Assembly: GCA_050287085.1 (NCBI GenBank)
Contig: JBNKBE010000005.1
Span: forward strand, 32,001-96,000
Origin: Polyangiaceae bacterium
Lineage (GTDB): Bacteria; Myxococcota_A; Polyangia; Polyangiales; Polyangiaceae
Length of the DNA: 64,000 bases
Direction of reading: 5' to 3'
Positions 1 through 11,265 of this stretch are shown piece after piece (position 1 is the stretch's first letter; each line of letters starts with the position of its first letter). The translations under genes and the position numbers were made by a program. Under the pieces are notes generated by a model that was given only the letters and a program-made list of their open reading frames with translations, was not told where the DNA came from and made no database searches.

Positions 1-597
1 CCGCAGCGGACTTGTTGCTCGATCGCGAATCGACGCCAAGTCCGGGATTAGACCCATGAACCAGAAGGTCAATGAGACCGTGAAGTACGTACCCACCGCA
101 AATACGTCCCAGTCCAAAGGACTGCGGAACTGCGGCCACAAGTCCATCTGGTTTGGAAGCGGTAGCATCCAATAGGGCAACCACGGTCGACCGATATGCA
201 GCCCTGGAAATGTGAGCGCACAGATAACGGCAAAAATGGTCATCGCTTCTGCTGCCCGGTTGATGGCTGTTCGCCAGTTCTGTCGGAACAGATACAAGAC
301 CGCAGAAATCAACGTTCCGGCGTGACCGATACCCACCCAGAAGACGAAGTTAACGATAGGCCAACCCCAGGCGACCGGGTTCATGTTGCCCCAGATACCG
401 ATGCCCTCCCAAAACAGGTAGCCGACGCAGACGCCGAAGATCGCAAGCCACGTGAGCGCGATGCCAAAGGCCAGATACCATGCGCGAGGCGGCCGCGGCA
501 CTTCGGTGACGCGGCATACGGCGTCAGTGATGCGCGCGAACTCGTTGTCACCCGCAGGCGGGCGTTGCCACTGAAGATAGTCGACGGTGTTAGCCAT
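1..597 (-). CDS. actC: Alternative complex III quinol-oxidising membrane subunit ActC (NrfD/PsrC family); runs off the window edge
   Basis: Not in the ORF track. Hand translation from ATG at 597 gives [10 protein letters not shown]...[54 protein letters not shown]. The start overlaps the actB stop (ATGGCTAA). Confidence 0.93.
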   Translation of the reverse strand, partial: MANTVDYLQWQRPPAGDNEFARITDAVCRVTEVPRPPRAWYLAFGIALTWLAIFGVCVGYLFWEGIGIWGNMNPVAWGWPIVNFVFWVGIGHAGTLISAVLYLFRQNWRTAINRAAEAMTIFAVICALTFPGLHIGRPWLPYWMLPLPNQMDLWPQFRSPLDWDVFAVGTYFTVSLTFWFMGLIPDLASIRDRATSPLR

Positions 598-3500
598 GAT
601 GTTCGCTCTTACCTTCTGGTGCGTGATGCTCGGCCGACGCCGCGGACAGCTCAGGGTGGGGGTTGGTGATCCGCGCCAGGTAAGTCACACGCGGACGGAC
701 GTTGAGCTCCTCTAGCAGCGCATAACCGCGTGGGCTTCTGGCCTTCTTCAGAACCTCACTATCCTTGGTGTTGAGGTCTCCAAAAGTGATCGCCTGCGTC
801 GGACACGCATCCTGACAGGCCGTGCGAATCTCCTGATCGTCCAACTTGCGACGAGCATTCTTCGCTTGAATCTTTCCGTTCTGGATCCGCTGCACGCAGA
901 ATGAGCACTTCTCCATCACACCGCGGAAGCGAATAGTCACGTCCGGGTTGGCCGCCATGCGGCGTGGCTCATTGCGCTTCTCCTTCAAGTCCAAGTTGAA
1001 GTTGAAGTAGTTGAAGCGTCTGACTTTATAGGGACAGTTGTTGGAGCAGTAACGCGTCCCGATGCAGCGGTTGTATGTCATGTCGTTCAGGCCTTCCGAG
1101 CTGTGGCTCGTGGCCTCTACCGGACATACTTGTTCGCACGGAGCATGCTCGCAGTGCTGACACATGACAGGCTGATTGTGGATCTGTTCGGGCTCATCCG
1201 GGTTGTCACCCTGGAAGTAGCGGTCGATGCGCATCCAGTGGAGTTCACGCCCCATGAGCACCTGGCTCTTGCCAACGACCGGAATATTGTTCTCGGAGTT
1301 ACAAGCGACCACGCAGTTGTTGCATCCGGTGCACTTGTTGAGATCGATGGCCATCCCCCACTTGTAGCCGTCGTAGCTGATCTCCTCCTGCCACAACGAC
1401 AACAGGGGCGGGTGATGCACGGCATGCTTCACCTTGTCAGGCTGCTTCTGATAGCCGGCATAAGTGTCCTGCCGTACGATCTGGGGTAGTCGCTCCTGAG
1501 TCGCGTTTCGTCCCATGTCATCCATGGGATGCTTGTCTTGGGTCGTCGCGAGACGAACCTTGCCGCCACTCGCCGAAACTTTGAGACCGGTTGCGATGTC
1601 CCAACCCGCAGCGGACCGCAGTGGGTAGACGTTGCTACCGACCGGTTCGACTGGATCGGCGTCGAAGGGCTGTCGCGCTCCTGCCACTACCCCTGCGTCG
1701 GTCCTGCCGTAGCCCAGCGCCACCGTGATGGCCCCACGGGCTTGAGCGGGCGACATCAGGGCCGGGATCGTCACGCTCCGGCCATCCACCGTCAGAGTAA
1801 CAACGTGGCAGTCCTGGACGCCGAGCGCCTCTGCCGTCTTGGGGTGAATAAACGCTGCGTTCTCCCAGGTCAGCTTCATCGACGGCTCGGGCAACTCCTG
1901 CAGCCAGCCGTTGTTCGCAAAGCGCCCATCGTAGATCTTGGGGTCCGGACGGAAATTCAACTCCAACTCGGCGTCCGAGACCCCGCCCAACTCCAGACCC
2001 GACAATGCTACCGGCGCGAGTGCGACCAACGTCGGCGTCACGGGCGCCGCTCCGCTCCCGGGCAACATACCGTCGTGCACGGCCCGCGCCCAGGCGCGAT
2101 CGTTCGAGACCCGCAAGGCCTTGCGCACCAGCGCTTGACCGTCTTGCTCTGGTGCCCGCGTGATGAGCGCTACGAGCTCGACCAGACTCTTGGTCCCGTA
2201 AAGCGGTGAGATCAGGGGCTGCGCAACAAGCCGAGTGCCCGAGTAGGACTGCGAATCAGCCCAGGTCTCCAAATAGTGCGACAGCGGGGCGTGCCACTTG
2301 CACGCGCGCGCCGTTTCGTCGCGGTAGAGCCCCAGATGAATGCTGGTAGCCACCTTCGCGAGCGCGCCCGCGAAGTCCACATCACCAGGTGCGGTATAGA
2401 GAGGATTGCCGTCAACGATGAGCGCGGTGGAGGCGGATGCCAGCGCGGCAACAGCTCGCGCTATCCCACCGCGCAAGTCGGCTGCGCCATCGTCCTTCGA
2501 ATACGTCACCGCGGAGCTGGCGAGCAATGTGTTGATGCGATGCGCAAGCGCATGCACCTGGGGTGGCTGGTGGTCGCCAACCAAGACCACACACCTGCCC
2601 TTGTTGGCAACGAGGTCACCCGCCAACACACTCACCAGTTTTGCAACTCGCGGCTGCTTCAAGAACTCCGCAACCGGCTCTGGCTGAGCTCCTGCCTGCC
2701 CTAGCAAGCGGCTCACAGCGCTTTCCAACGCTACCGCAAAGGCCTTGATCTGCGACGAACGCAAGGCGAGACGGTGGTCAGCCTGAGTTCCCGTGGGAGA
2801 AAGGCTGCTCTCCACGCTGTACAAGCGAGACAGCTGACCTTTTTCCGGCTCGCGCCGGCTCGCAAACCCACGCGCCATCGACAGCGACTCTGGACCACTC
2901 GCGAGCGGATCGGCGTCTAGACAAGCGACGACATCCGCCTTCGAGAGGTCGACATGTGAACGCAAGACCTCACCGAAGGCAAGCTTCGAGCCTTGACGAG
3001 CGTTGTCTCGGTTTACGGCTTCGTATTCGATCCACTGGGCCGCGGGAAACGCCTTGGCAAACGCCTCTTTCGCAGCAGCAACGGCTAACGAAGACGTCGC
3101 TTCGGAAACGACCACGACGCCTTGGCCGCCCGTGCTCCGCAGCTCCATGAAGTGCCCAAAGGCGAATTTCTCAAAATCCGCTTGGGTTACATCCTTCGCG
3201 ACGCCGCCTTCTAGCTGAGCGGGGCTGCGACTTCGATCGGGATCGTAGAGGCCGAGAATCGACGCTTGCTCAAACGCTCGAGAGGCACCCAATGTGTCGG
3301 CATGCTCCTCATGGCCGTCGACTTTGATGGGACGCCCGTCGTAGCTCTTGACCTTGAGCGGAACCCCTATCCCGCCAAGCTCCATCGCTGAGTGAAAGTA
3401 CTTGGGAACCCCGGGTACCATGCCCTCCGGTCGACGGGACATGGGCAGGAGCTTGTCCTGCTCCCAGCGACACCCAGCGGCACCAGCCAGGGCAAAGGAG

Positions 3501-3661
3501 GCAGACATCAGCTGCATGAAACGGCGACGCTGCTTCGAATTCGGTGGGGCCTCAGTGAGTGGGGTTCCGAACTCGTGCTCTAGGTAGTTCTGGAACTCCG
3601 GATCGTTCTCGTACTCGGCGAGGCTACGCCACAACCTGGGCGATCGGCTCTTGTTGTTCAT
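590..3661 (-). CDS. actB: Alternative complex III subunit ActB (molybdopterin-oxidoreductase-like domain fused to Fe-S domain; Tat lipoprotein)
   Basis: LWRSLAE N-terminus, Tat signal [20 protein letters not shown], and C-terminal Fe-S motifs [37 protein letters not shown]. Start placed at ATG 3661, overlapping the actA stop (ATGA). Confidence 0.95.
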   Translation of the reverse strand: MNNKSRSPRLWRSLAEYENDPEFQNYLEHEFGTPLTEAPPNSKQRRRFMQLMSASFALAGAAGCRWEQDKLLPMSRRPEGMVPGVPKYFHSAMELGGIGVPLKVKSYDGRPIKVDGHEEHADTLGASRAFEQASILGLYDPDRSRSPAQLEGGVAKDVTQADFEKFAFGHFMELRSTGGQGVVVVSEATSSLAVAAAKEAFAKAFPAAQWIEYEAVNRDNARQGSKLAFGEVLRSHVDLSKADVVACLDADPLASGPESLSMARGFASRREPEKGQLSRLYSVESSLSPTGTQADHRLALRSSQIKAFAVALESAVSRLLGQAGAQPEPVAEFLKQPRVAKLVSVLAGDLVANKGRCVVLVGDHQPPQVHALAHRINTLLASSAVTYSKDDGAADLRGGIARAVAALASASTALIVDGNPLYTAPGDVDFAGALAKVATSIHLGLYRDETARACKWHAPLSHYLETWADSQSYSGTRLVAQPLISPLYGTKSLVELVALITRAPEQDGQALVRKALRVSNDRAWARAVHDGMLPGSGAAPVTPTLVALAPVALSGLELGGVSDAELELNFRPDPKIYDGRFANNGWLQELPEPSMKLTWENAAFIHPKTAEALGVQDCHVVTLTVDGRSVTIPALMSPAQARGAITVALGYGRTDAGVVAGARQPFDADPVEPVGSNVYPLRSAAGWDIATGLKVSASGGKVRLATTQDKHPMDDMGRNATQERLPQIVRQDTYAGYQKQPDKVKHAVHHPPLLSLWQEEISYDGYKWGMAIDLNKCTGCNNCVVACNSENNIPVVGKSQVLMGRELHWMRIDRYFQGDNPDEPEQIHNQPVMCQHCEHAPCEQVCPVEATSHSSEGLNDMTYNRCIGTRYCSNNCPYKVRRFNYFNFNLDLKEKRNEPRRMAANPDVTIRFRGVMEKCSFCVQRIQNGKIQAKNARRKLDDQEIRTACQDACPTQAITFGDLNTKDSEVLKKARSPRGYALLEELNVRPRVTYLARITNPHPELSAASAEHHAPEGKSEHHG

Positions 3662-4302
3662 CGATGACATGTGGAGCAATCGGTTGAGGGGTTGATGTTG
3701 TTCTGTTCGCGAAGGCGAGCGCCCAGCCCGGCCTCCGGAGCCTCCCACTGCATGTTCGTGACCTCGGAAGGCGGTCGCAGGTGCTGCTCTGGTGCTCGAT
3801 GGCAGTCCAGGCACCACCCCATACTCAGCTGTTCGTGCTGGTAGACGACATCCATCTCATCGACGCGGCCGTGGCACGAAACGCAGCCAACGCCCCGGGT
3901 CACGTGCGCGGAATGATTGAAGTAGACGTAGTCGGGAAGGTCGTGAACCTTGAGCCACTCAACCGGCTGACCCGTCGCGAAGCTCTCACGCACGGGCGCG
4001 AGCTTGGGGCTCTTTGTGCGCACACGTTGGTGGCAATTCATGCACGTTGCGGTAGGCGGGATAGCGGCCACCGCTGCCTGCTCAACCGTGTTGTGGCAAT
4101 ACCGGCAGTCTAACCCTAGCTCACCGACATGGAGAGCATGGCTGTAGGGCACCGGCTGCTCAGGCGCAAACCCAACGGCCATCGTAACGGGGCTTGCGCC
4201 GTACCAAACGAGACCTATGAGGTAGAGAGGTGCGAGAGTAAGCAGTGCCCCAACCAGACGCACCGTGCTGTTTGCCCACTTGGGGAATACGAAGAGATCC
4301 AT
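3658..4302 (-). CDS. actA: Alternative complex III pentaheme cytochrome c subunit ActA
   Basis: N-terminal TM helix, QPVPYSHALH, and five CxxCH motifs (CRYCH, CMNCH, CVSCH, CLDCH, CSTCH). Start reassigned to MDLFVFPKW at 4302. Confidence 0.95.
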   Translation of the reverse strand: MDLFVFPKWANSTVRLVGALLTLAPLYLIGLVWYGASPVTMAVGFAPEQPVPYSHALHVGELGLDCRYCHNTVEQAAVAAIPPTATCMNCHQRVRTKSPKLAPVRESFATGQPVEWLKVHDLPDYVYFNHSAHVTRGVGCVSCHGRVDEMDVVYQHEQLSMGWCLDCHRAPEQHLRPPSEVTNMQWEAPEAGLGARLREQNNINPSTDCSTCHR

Positions 4303-4771
4303 TTTGCAACTATCCGCCGTAAACTGCGAAGGCCTGCCTCCGCGTGGTTCTCCAGCCCGCGCTGCGACCAGTCGCGGCACTTTGATCGGACCCGGCACCG
4401 CTAGGCTCAGCAGCGCCCAACTCATCAGCGGCGCCCAACTCGACAGTGGAGGGCGCCCTTGTGACGCTCCATTTTGCTAGCGCGTCCGCTCCGGACGCGA
4501 CCGGAGCGAGTACTGAAGGAAAGCGCGCTTGGGCGACCGCCGTGCGCGCGACGCGCCACATCTCTGCCGTTCTACCTGCATCCGCCACGAGAATCGCTCG
4601 CTTCGCCACAACAGTCAGACGTCGACCACCGGAGACCCCGCACGCACCCATTACGGGCTCTGGTGCATTTGCATTAGTGTGGAAAAGAGCCTGGAACGGC
4701 TGTCTTGGAAGCGAGCCCTGTCCAATGCTGACGTGGGCGGCGAAGGCACGCCGATCGCACTGCTGAGCACA

Positions 4772-4840
4772 GGCACCGTGACTGACACGGGCACCGTGAC
4801 TGACACGAACACTGCGACTGGCACGAACACTGTGGGTGCG
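4772..4840. repeat. 18-bp tandem repeat, two exact plus two degenerate copies
   Basis: ggcaccgtgactgacacg x2, then aacactgcgactggcacg and aacactgtgggtgcg. Confidence 0.8.
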
Positions 4841-5519
4841 AGACATGAACACGATGACTGGGGACGACGCCAGAGCTAGCAACTGACACTGCGAGCCGCC
4901 GCGGTTCGCGGGCACGTCATGACCGCATCGGATGAAAATGTAAATATCCGCGCGTGCGACGTGCTGTCACACCGCTAAGTGCTGAGAATCAAAGCCACCC
5001 AAACATACCGTCAGGCCGGGTGGGGGCTCCGCCCCCAGCCCGGCCCCCATCGGCTCATATTGCAAGCGACCAGCTTGAGGCCCGCGGATGGGAAAGGAAT
5101 ACTACGGTGGCCGATCCTCTTACTGTGGCGGGCGGGTTCGTCGCTCTGCTCCTCGAGCTACCCGAATAGCCCTGCGGTGCTCGCTCGGTCACGCACCCAC
5201 TTCGCGGCGGCTCAAGCGGACCAAGACTGACTCTCCCATCCGCTGGCCCTTAGCTCGCTTGGTCGGCAGCCCGTTCCGTTGCTGGGTTCAAGCGCCAGCC
5301 ACGACGCGAGAGCCGTCGGCCGCTCGGTAGAGGCAGGGAAAGCTCCCGATATGGATCGAGAGCCCTCCCTTGCAACAAGCCCTGCAAGCTTGCTCTGGCG
5401 TCATCGAGCGCCGCGAGAGGCGGCTGCCCCTCCGCGGCGCGGCTCGGGACCCGCGAACGGCGAGGTCATACCGCGCCGGCCAATCCTCTTGCCGTGTCGC
5501 TCGAGCTCGTGGCCGTCCC

Positions 5520-6920
5520 TTAGAACTCGCGCATCTGCTTGCGAATCTTGCCGATTGCCTGCTCTTGCAACTGGCGGATGCGCTCGCGTGACAGATTGTA
5601 CTTGTCGCCGATCTCCTTGAGCGTCAGTTCGTCTTCGTTGTCCAGACCGAAGCGCCAGCGAATGATCCGTGACTCAATCGGAGTGAGCGTACCAAGGAGC
5701 CGCCTGACTTCATCACCCCACCTCGATGCGGCCAGATCTTCGTACGGACTAAGACCGTTCTCCTCGACCAAGAAGTCAATGAACTTCCGCCCGTCTTCAT
5801 CGCCTACCGGACGATCCAACGAGAACGGCGTGTCCGCGTACAGTTCGCGAACCTTCTCCAGTTTCTCCTGAGGAACGCCGGTTTCCTTCTCCAACTCCGC
5901 CGGCGTCGGCTCGCGCCCGGTGCGTGCGATCAGCGCCTGGGTCGCACGGGCCACTCGATTGTAGGTGTCGAGCATGTGCACTGGGATCCGAACCGCACGC
6001 CCTTTGTCCGCCAGCGCGCGGCTGATGGCGTGCCGAATCCACCACGATGCGTACGTAGAGAAGCGATAGCCACGGCTGTGATCAAAACGCTCGACAGCCT
6101 TCATCAGTCCAATGTTGCCCTCTTGAATCAAGTCGATAAGAGGTAGACGACCGCGATTGTAGCGCCGAGCGATGCTGACAACGAGTCGGAGGTTGGCTTT
6201 TACAAAGCGATTCTTGGCATCGCGCTGACGCGCGTCGGCCGCCCTAACACGCGACACGTAGCGGACATAGCTCTGCGTTGCTGCTACCGAAGGGCGCTCC
6301 GACGTGCTTTCTTGCTCGGTAACCGTTCGCGCAAATTCGAAGGCATCGCTCATCCAGATTCGGTCGCTATCCAGCAGTCGTATGGCACGCGCCAACTCCT
6401 CGGATAGTTCAGTCCATGTACGCGTCTGGTTGGCATGCAGCTTCGAGCGCTGCTTGCGATAGGTGGCACACAAGTCTAGCAGCTTGTCGAGCGAGCTCAG
6501 GTCTGGCGCCTCCTCATCCGTGATAAGTTGGAGGTGTTTTGCCAGAGTCGGCAGAATATGTTCAGCAACCGGGACGAAGCTGAGCAACGATACCCACTGT
6601 TCAACCTCCGCGTCTTCGACCGCGCGCGCAGCGCTAAGCTCCTCATCGGGGCCCATAACCTGGTGGCTGGCCATGTCTCGAAAGTACCGTGACAACATGG
6701 AGTCACCGGACACGTCATCGCGCGGCTTGGGCGTGCGTTCTTCGTCGGCGTTGAAGCGACTGCGCTCCGGCGGCGTACTGTCAAAGCGACGGACGCTGGT
6801 GAAGGACGGCGGCGGCACTGACGGCCGGGCAAATGCGGAAGAAAAGCGCATTGCACTGTCGTCGCTGGATTCGTCGCTTCCGAGCGCGAGGTCACCGGCC
6901 GTTTCGTGGATTTCGCTCAT
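5520..6920 (-). CDS. RpoD/SigA-like sigma-70 family factor, probably non-primary
   Basis: Region 1.2 (SRYFRDM), region 2 ([42 protein letters not shown]), region 3 (SLDRPVG) and region 4 (LTLKEIG..SRERIRQ). No recognisable region 1.1. Confidence 0.92.
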   Translation of the reverse strand: MSEIHETAGDLALGSDESSDDSAMRFSSAFARPSVPPPSFTSVRRFDSTPPERSRFNADEERTPKPRDDVSGDSMLSRYFRDMASHQVMGPDEELSAARAVEDAEVEQWVSLLSFVPVAEHILPTLAKHLQLITDEEAPDLSSLDKLLDLCATYRKQRSKLHANQTRTWTELSEELARAIRLLDSDRIWMSDAFEFARTVTEQESTSERPSVAATQSYVRYVSRVRAADARQRDAKNRFVKANLRLVVSIARRYNRGRLPLIDLIQEGNIGLMKAVERFDHSRGYRFSTYASWWIRHAISRALADKGRAVRIPVHMLDTYNRVARATQALIARTGREPTPAELEKETGVPQEKLEKVRELYADTPFSLDRPVGDEDGRKFIDFLVEENGLSPYEDLAASRWGDEVRRLLGTLTPIESRIIRWRFGLDNEDELTLKEIGDKYNLSRERIRQLQEQAIGKIRKQMREF

Positions 6921-7649
6921 ATGAACTCCCTTCTACCTGTCGAAGCCGCACGGCCCCGCACCCCAACACAACACCCCTTCGAAGCGAACCGGCTGCCAGC
7001 TGAACCAATGCTGGCAGGGGCCCGATGTCCCAGAAAGCACGTCTGCACCTCTGCACGCGTTCGAACACCGTACTCGTAATTTCCGGATCGAATATGGCCG
7101 GCCTTGTGGGTTCGGCGTGCGAAGAGGTTCAATTGCGCTATCATGGGTGAAATAACTGGGTGTGATTGGGAATTGGGACTCGCTCGGGTTGAACTCGAAT
7201 CAATATTCTTGAGCAAACATCGTGCCGTCAAAACCTTGTCGGCGCTTGCCCGTGTCCTTTCTACGCTCAGTCATTCAGTACGGCTTACGGGAGGGAGACA
7301 TAACGCGAAAATTGCCGGGTTTCGTGCAGTTGTCGCCCCTCCACCGCAGTGCTGGCGGTAGCTCGCACCCTTTCCCATCGGGTAGGATACGACCGCTGAG
7401 AAAAAGTTGCGGACGAGCGACAAGTTCCGTCACCCAACGTCATAGTGACCGATAAGTTGACGACTCCATTACCTATGGAGCCCGAACTCGAGGTTGAGAA
7501 CCCCCTCGCCGTTCAGCTCGGGGGCCGACGCGGTGTCGAAAGAAACCCGGGCATCGGTGCCCTAACACGAGCCCTTGGCACAATATGACCCAGCCCCGCC
7601 CCGCTATCAGCCCTCGAAAGTCCCGGCCGCTCTGGGCTCCCCCGACCCG

Positions 7650-8726
7650 CTAGAACTGAGCTAAGAAGCGGGGATCATTCTCAAAGAGCAATCGGATGTC
7701 CGGTATACCGTGGCGGAGCATGGCCTGGCGCTCCACCCCCATCCCAAACGCAAAGCCGCTGAAGCGCTCCGCGTCGATGCCGCCCGCCGCCAGCACTCGC
7801 GGGTGAATCATGCCGCAGCCCAGGATCTCGAGCCAGCCTGTGGACTTGCAAACGCGGCAATGCTCGCGTGAACCGTCTTCTGGACGGCAAAACACGCAGC
7901 CCACGTCCAACTCCGCGCCGGGCTCTACAAAAGGAAAGTAGCTCGGGCGAAAACGCACCGGAGTCCCCACCCCGTACAGCTGCTCAGCAAAGCTGGTCAG
8001 TACCCCCTTCAAGTCGGCGAAGGCGATGCCCTGGTCCACGATGAAACCCTCCACCTGGTGGAACATGGGTGAGTGCGTGACATCGTCGTCACGCCGGTAC
8101 ACGCGCCCAGCGCTGACGATGGCCATCGGAGGTTCATGGGTCGCCAGGTAGCGCGACTGAACATTGCTCGTGTGCGTTCGGAGCACCGTGGGGACGGGAG
8201 CACGCGCATCCTTGACGTCGACCCAGAAGGTGTCCTGCATATCCGTGGCGGGGTGGTCGGGCGGAAACGCGAGTCGCGTGAAGTTGTTCTCCTCGGTCTC
8301 CACCTCGGGACCCCAAGCGACCTGAAATCCAAGATTCCTGAAAATGTCTAGAATCTGGTCTTGAGCTTGGGTGATAGGATGCTGATGCCCTCGCTCCAGC
8401 GGATACCGCCCCGGAAGACTCAGGTCGTAGGGTGTGGCTTCGAGTTCGGCTTTGCGCGCTGCCGCCTCCAGCTCGGCTAGCCTGGTGTTGAAGGCCTGCT
8501 CCACCTCGCCCTTGAGTTCATTGACCGCTTGCCCGAGCTCTCGCCTGGCCTCCGCGGGAGCCGCCGCCATGGCCTTAAGCAGGCGAGTGAGCTCCCCTTT
8601 CTTGCCCAGAAAGTCGGCGCGGGCACCGCGGAGTCCCAGTTCGCTGCTGGCAGAGCGAAACTGTTGTCCAAACGACGCCCTCAGAGCATCCAATCCAGCG
8701 AGTATGTCCTTGGCAACATCCGACAC
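7650..8726 (-). CDS. pheS: Phenylalanyl-tRNA synthetase alpha subunit
   Basis: GHQHP, HPATDMQDTF, LRTHTS, YRRDDDVTHSPMFHQVEG, FRPSYFPFVEP, GFAFGMGVER. Likely GTG start at 8726. Confidence 0.97.
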   Translation of the reverse strand: MSDVAKDILAGLDALRASFGQQFRSASSELGLRGARADFLGKKGELTRLLKAMAAAPAEARRELGQAVNELKGEVEQAFNTRLAELEAAARKAELEATPYDLSLPGRYPLERGHQHPITQAQDQILDIFRNLGFQVAWGPEVETEENNFTRLAFPPDHPATDMQDTFWVDVKDARAPVPTVLRTHTSNVQSRYLATHEPPMAIVSAGRVYRRDDDVTHSPMFHQVEGFIVDQGIAFADLKGVLTSFAEQLYGVGTPVRFRPSYFPFVEPGAELDVGCVFCRPEDGSREHCRVCKSTGWLEILGCGMIHPRVLAAGGIDAERFSGFAFGMGVERQAMLRHGIPDIRLLFENDPRFLAQF

Positions 8727-8874
8727 GCGCAAGCTTGTAATACCACGCCACCGCGCTTCGCAAGGAGGGTGGCAACTTACTTCCGTCGTATGCCTTCGTG
8801 GAGTCCTAGCTACGCGCCAACGAGACCCCAGCAGTCTCGACCTCATAGCTGAGTCGTGATATCCGGCGAGAACG

Positions 8875-8920
8875 CAGAAGCCCCAAGTAGTCCGCCGACG
8901 TCGGACAACCTGGGGCTCTG
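8875..8920 (-). terminator. Long stem-loop between rplT and pheS (terminator-like or processing hairpin)
   Basis: cagagccccaggttgtccg-acgtcgg-cggactacttggggcttctg forms an approximately 19-bp stem; no strong U tract follows. Confidence 0.5.
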
Positions 8921-8989
8921 TTATGGACGACTAAGTCAATGCCTTGCGGCTCTCGTCACCCGTAGCAGCGGCGCCATAGCGCCCTGCGA

Positions 8990-9337
8990 TTATTGAACTG
9001 CGAGCTGAGCGAGCTCTTTGAATGCCGCCGGCTGATTGACGGCAAGATCCGCCAGCACCTTGCGATCGAGCTCGATCTGCTGAGCCTTGAGCGCCGCGAT
9101 GAAGCGTGAGTAGGTCGTGCCGTTCTCACGACACGCCGCATTGATGCGCTGAATCCACAACGCTCGGTACTGACGCTTCTTCTGCTTACGTCCGATATAA
9201 GCGTATTGCCACGCTTTGCGGAGTACGCGAACAGCCTCGCGAAAGCGGTTCTTACGTCCGCCGAAATAGCCCTCGGTCTGCTTGAACACCCGCTTCTTGC
9301 GACGACGGGGGATGTTGCTGCGCTTTACACGTGACAT
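8990..9337 (-). CDS. rplT: 50S ribosomal protein L20
   Basis: MSRVKR..., QYAYIGRKQKKRQYRALWIQRINAA, DRKVLADLA. Confidence 0.98.
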   Translation of the reverse strand: MSRVKRSNIPRRRKKRVFKQTEGYFGGRKNRFREAVRVLRKAWQYAYIGRKQKKRQYRALWIQRINAACRENGTTYSRFIAALKAQQIELDRKVLADLAVNQPAAFKELAQLAVQ

Positions 9338-9444
9338 CGTACTTCCTGTCTCAGATGAATGAAGATTTTGAACTTAGGGGGCGACCCAGCAAAGCTGCAG
9401 CGACCACACCGGGGCCCTGCTTCAACGCCGTGTCTCGACGCGGC

Positions 9445-9642
9445 TCACGCGTACGGCAATAGGATTCTGACGCGCTTCTCCATGGCCGAGTCGACCATGT
9501 CGTTGTCGCGAGCACGTCGGCGACGCGAGCGGGTCTTGCCGATCATTCCGTGCTGACCGCCCTCCTTCGGGCGACGAATTCGACCAGAGCCGGTCTTCTT
9601 GAATCGCTTTGCGGCGGCACGGTTGGTCTTCATTTTAGGCAT
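9445..9642 (-). CDS. rpmI: 50S ribosomal protein L35
   Basis: MPKMKTNRAAAKRFKKTGSG...LLPYA; lies upstream of rplT. Confidence 0.98.
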   Translation of the reverse strand: MPKMKTNRAAAKRFKKTGSGRIRRPKEGGQHGMIGKTRSRRRRARDNDMVDSAMEKRVRILLPYA

Positions 9643-9698
9643 GCTACAACTCCTACCGATCGGACTGCGGGGCAGAATGCGCCGCTCGGGAGGCGGGG

Positions 9699-9727
9699 CT
9701 TATGACGGAAGATCGAGCCCACGTCAA
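9699..9727 (-). promoter_or_regulatory. Putative sigma70-type promoter of rpmI-rplT
   Basis: Minus strand reads TTGACG-N17-CATAAG, followed by a GC-rich discriminator (ccccgcc), about 56 nt before the rpmI ATG. Confidence 0.5.
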
Positions 9728-10057
9728 GAGGGGGTCGCTACAGTTTTGTCTCGTGCGCTCACCTGTTCAGCATCTGGGCCTTCAGCGGGAGGTCGGCAGG
9801 TCGCTCCCATCTTGACAACACCGTACGCCCGATTGCCGGATTGTGGCGCTAACACGTGGAAACTTGCTGGAAACTTGCGATTCTGACGGCAAGTACGGTT
9901 GCTCTTGGGGGCGCCGTAGGCTAACTGCGTCGCGGCGTGCTCTCGCACCACACCGCCTGAGCGCTTCGATTGCAATTCCGCAAACCAAGTCCAAATCCCC
10001 ACCACGGCGCGTTTAGGCCCCGGGGTCGGGCAAACGTCATCCAGACGGAGGGCAACA

Positions 10058-11254
10058 GTGAACATCCACGAATATCAGGGCAAAGCTCTCTTCGCCCGCT
10101 ACGGCATCAGCGTCCCCCGGGGCATTCCCGTCTTCGAACCAGAGCAGGCGCAAGCCGCTGCGCAAAAAGTGATCGACGAGACGAAGATCCCAGTGGTCGT
10201 CGTCAAAGCTCAGATCCACGCCGGAGGCCGAGGCAAAGCTGGAGGGGTCAAGGTCGTCAAAGGGGGCGCAGCTGAGGCTCAGAAGGTAGCAAGCGAGCTA
10301 TTCGGAAAGAATCTCGTAACGCATCAGACTGGACCCGAGGGGCAGACCGTGCGCAGGCTCTACATCGAGCAGGGTCTGGACATCGCGCGAGAGCTGTATC
10401 TTGGACTCGTCGTCGATAGAGCGGCACGTCGCATCGCCGTCATGGCCTCCACGGAAGGTGGCGTAGAGATCGAGGAGGTCGCGGCCAAGACTCCCGAGAA
10501 GATAATCACGGAGCACGTGGACCCCTTAGTCGGACTTGCGGGCTATCAGGCCCGCAAGATCGCATACGCACTGCGCGTGACTGAGGGAAGCCCAGACCCA
10601 AAGAAGACCACCAAGCAGTTTGTCAGCATTCTTACCAAGCTTGCCTCTCTTTTTGAAAAAGAAGACTGCAGCCTGTGCGAGATTAACCCGCTTGTCATTA
10701 CCGGCAGCGGCGATGTCGTGGCGCTCGACGCCAAGATCAACTTCGACGACAATGCCCACGCGCGCCACCCCGAGTGGAACGAGTTGCTAGACAAGAGCGA
10801 GGAGGATCCAGTCGAGCTCGAGGCCCAGGAGGCGGGATTGAGCTATGTGTCCCTGGACGGGAACATCGGCTGCATGGTCAACGGCGCGGGTCTCGCAATG
10901 GCCACGATGGACATCATCAAGCACGCCGGAGGAAGCCCCGCCAACTTCCTCGACGTCGGGGGCAGCGCCACCAAGGATCAAGTCAAGAAGGCGTTCGGGA
11001 TGATCCTCAGTAGCCCCAAGGTGAAAGGCATCTTCGTCAACATCTTCGGCGGCATTGCCAAGTGTGACTTGATCGCCGAAGGCATCGTCGCGGCAACCAA
11101 AGAAATGGCGCTCGACGTTCCCCTCGTCGTGCGGCTCGAAGGCACCAACGTCAACGAGGGCAAGGACATCCTCAGCAAGAGCGGACTCGCAATCACCACC
11201 GCCGACGGCATGGCTGACGGAGCGGCAAAAATCGTCAAAGCAGTCAGCGCATAA
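10058..11254 (+). CDS. sucC: Succinyl-CoA synthetase beta subunit
   Basis: [48 protein letters not shown]. Confidence 0.98.
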   Translation: MNIHEYQGKALFARYGISVPRGIPVFEPEQAQAAAQKVIDETKIPVVVVKAQIHAGGRGKAGGVKVVKGGAAEAQKVASELFGKNLVTHQTGPEGQTVRRLYIEQGLDIARELYLGLVVDRAARRIAVMASTEGGVEIEEVAAKTPEKIITEHVDPLVGLAGYQARKIAYALRVTEGSPDPKKTTKQFVSILTKLASLFEKEDCSLCEINPLVITGSGDVVALDAKINFDDNAHARHPEWNELLDKSEEDPVELEAQEAGLSYVSLDGNIGCMVNGAGLAMATMDIIKHAGGSPANFLDVGGSATKDQVKKAFGMILSSPKVKGIFVNIFGGIAKCDLIAEGIVAATKEMALDVPLVVRLEGTNVNEGKDILSKSGLAITTADGMADGAAKIVKAVSA

Positions 11255-11265
11255 GGGCAACAATC

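Noticed and set aside
4955..4971. CRP/FNR-type site upstream of the act operon
   Set aside because: TGCGA-N7-TCACA has the wrong spacing, and no TTGAT-N4-ATCAA was noticed.
6917..7231. 104-aa ORF upstream of the sigma gene (also contains QLNLF)
   Set aside because: No family features; likely non-coding leader. It also shows that the pentapeptide can arise by chance.
7830..7900. CxxC...CxxC insert in PheS as a novelty
   Set aside because: A Cys-rich insert at this position is common in bacterial PheS.
8727..8989. pheM-like attenuator or T-box before pheS
   Set aside because: No Phe-rich leader peptide or T-box consensus seen; only a hairpin.
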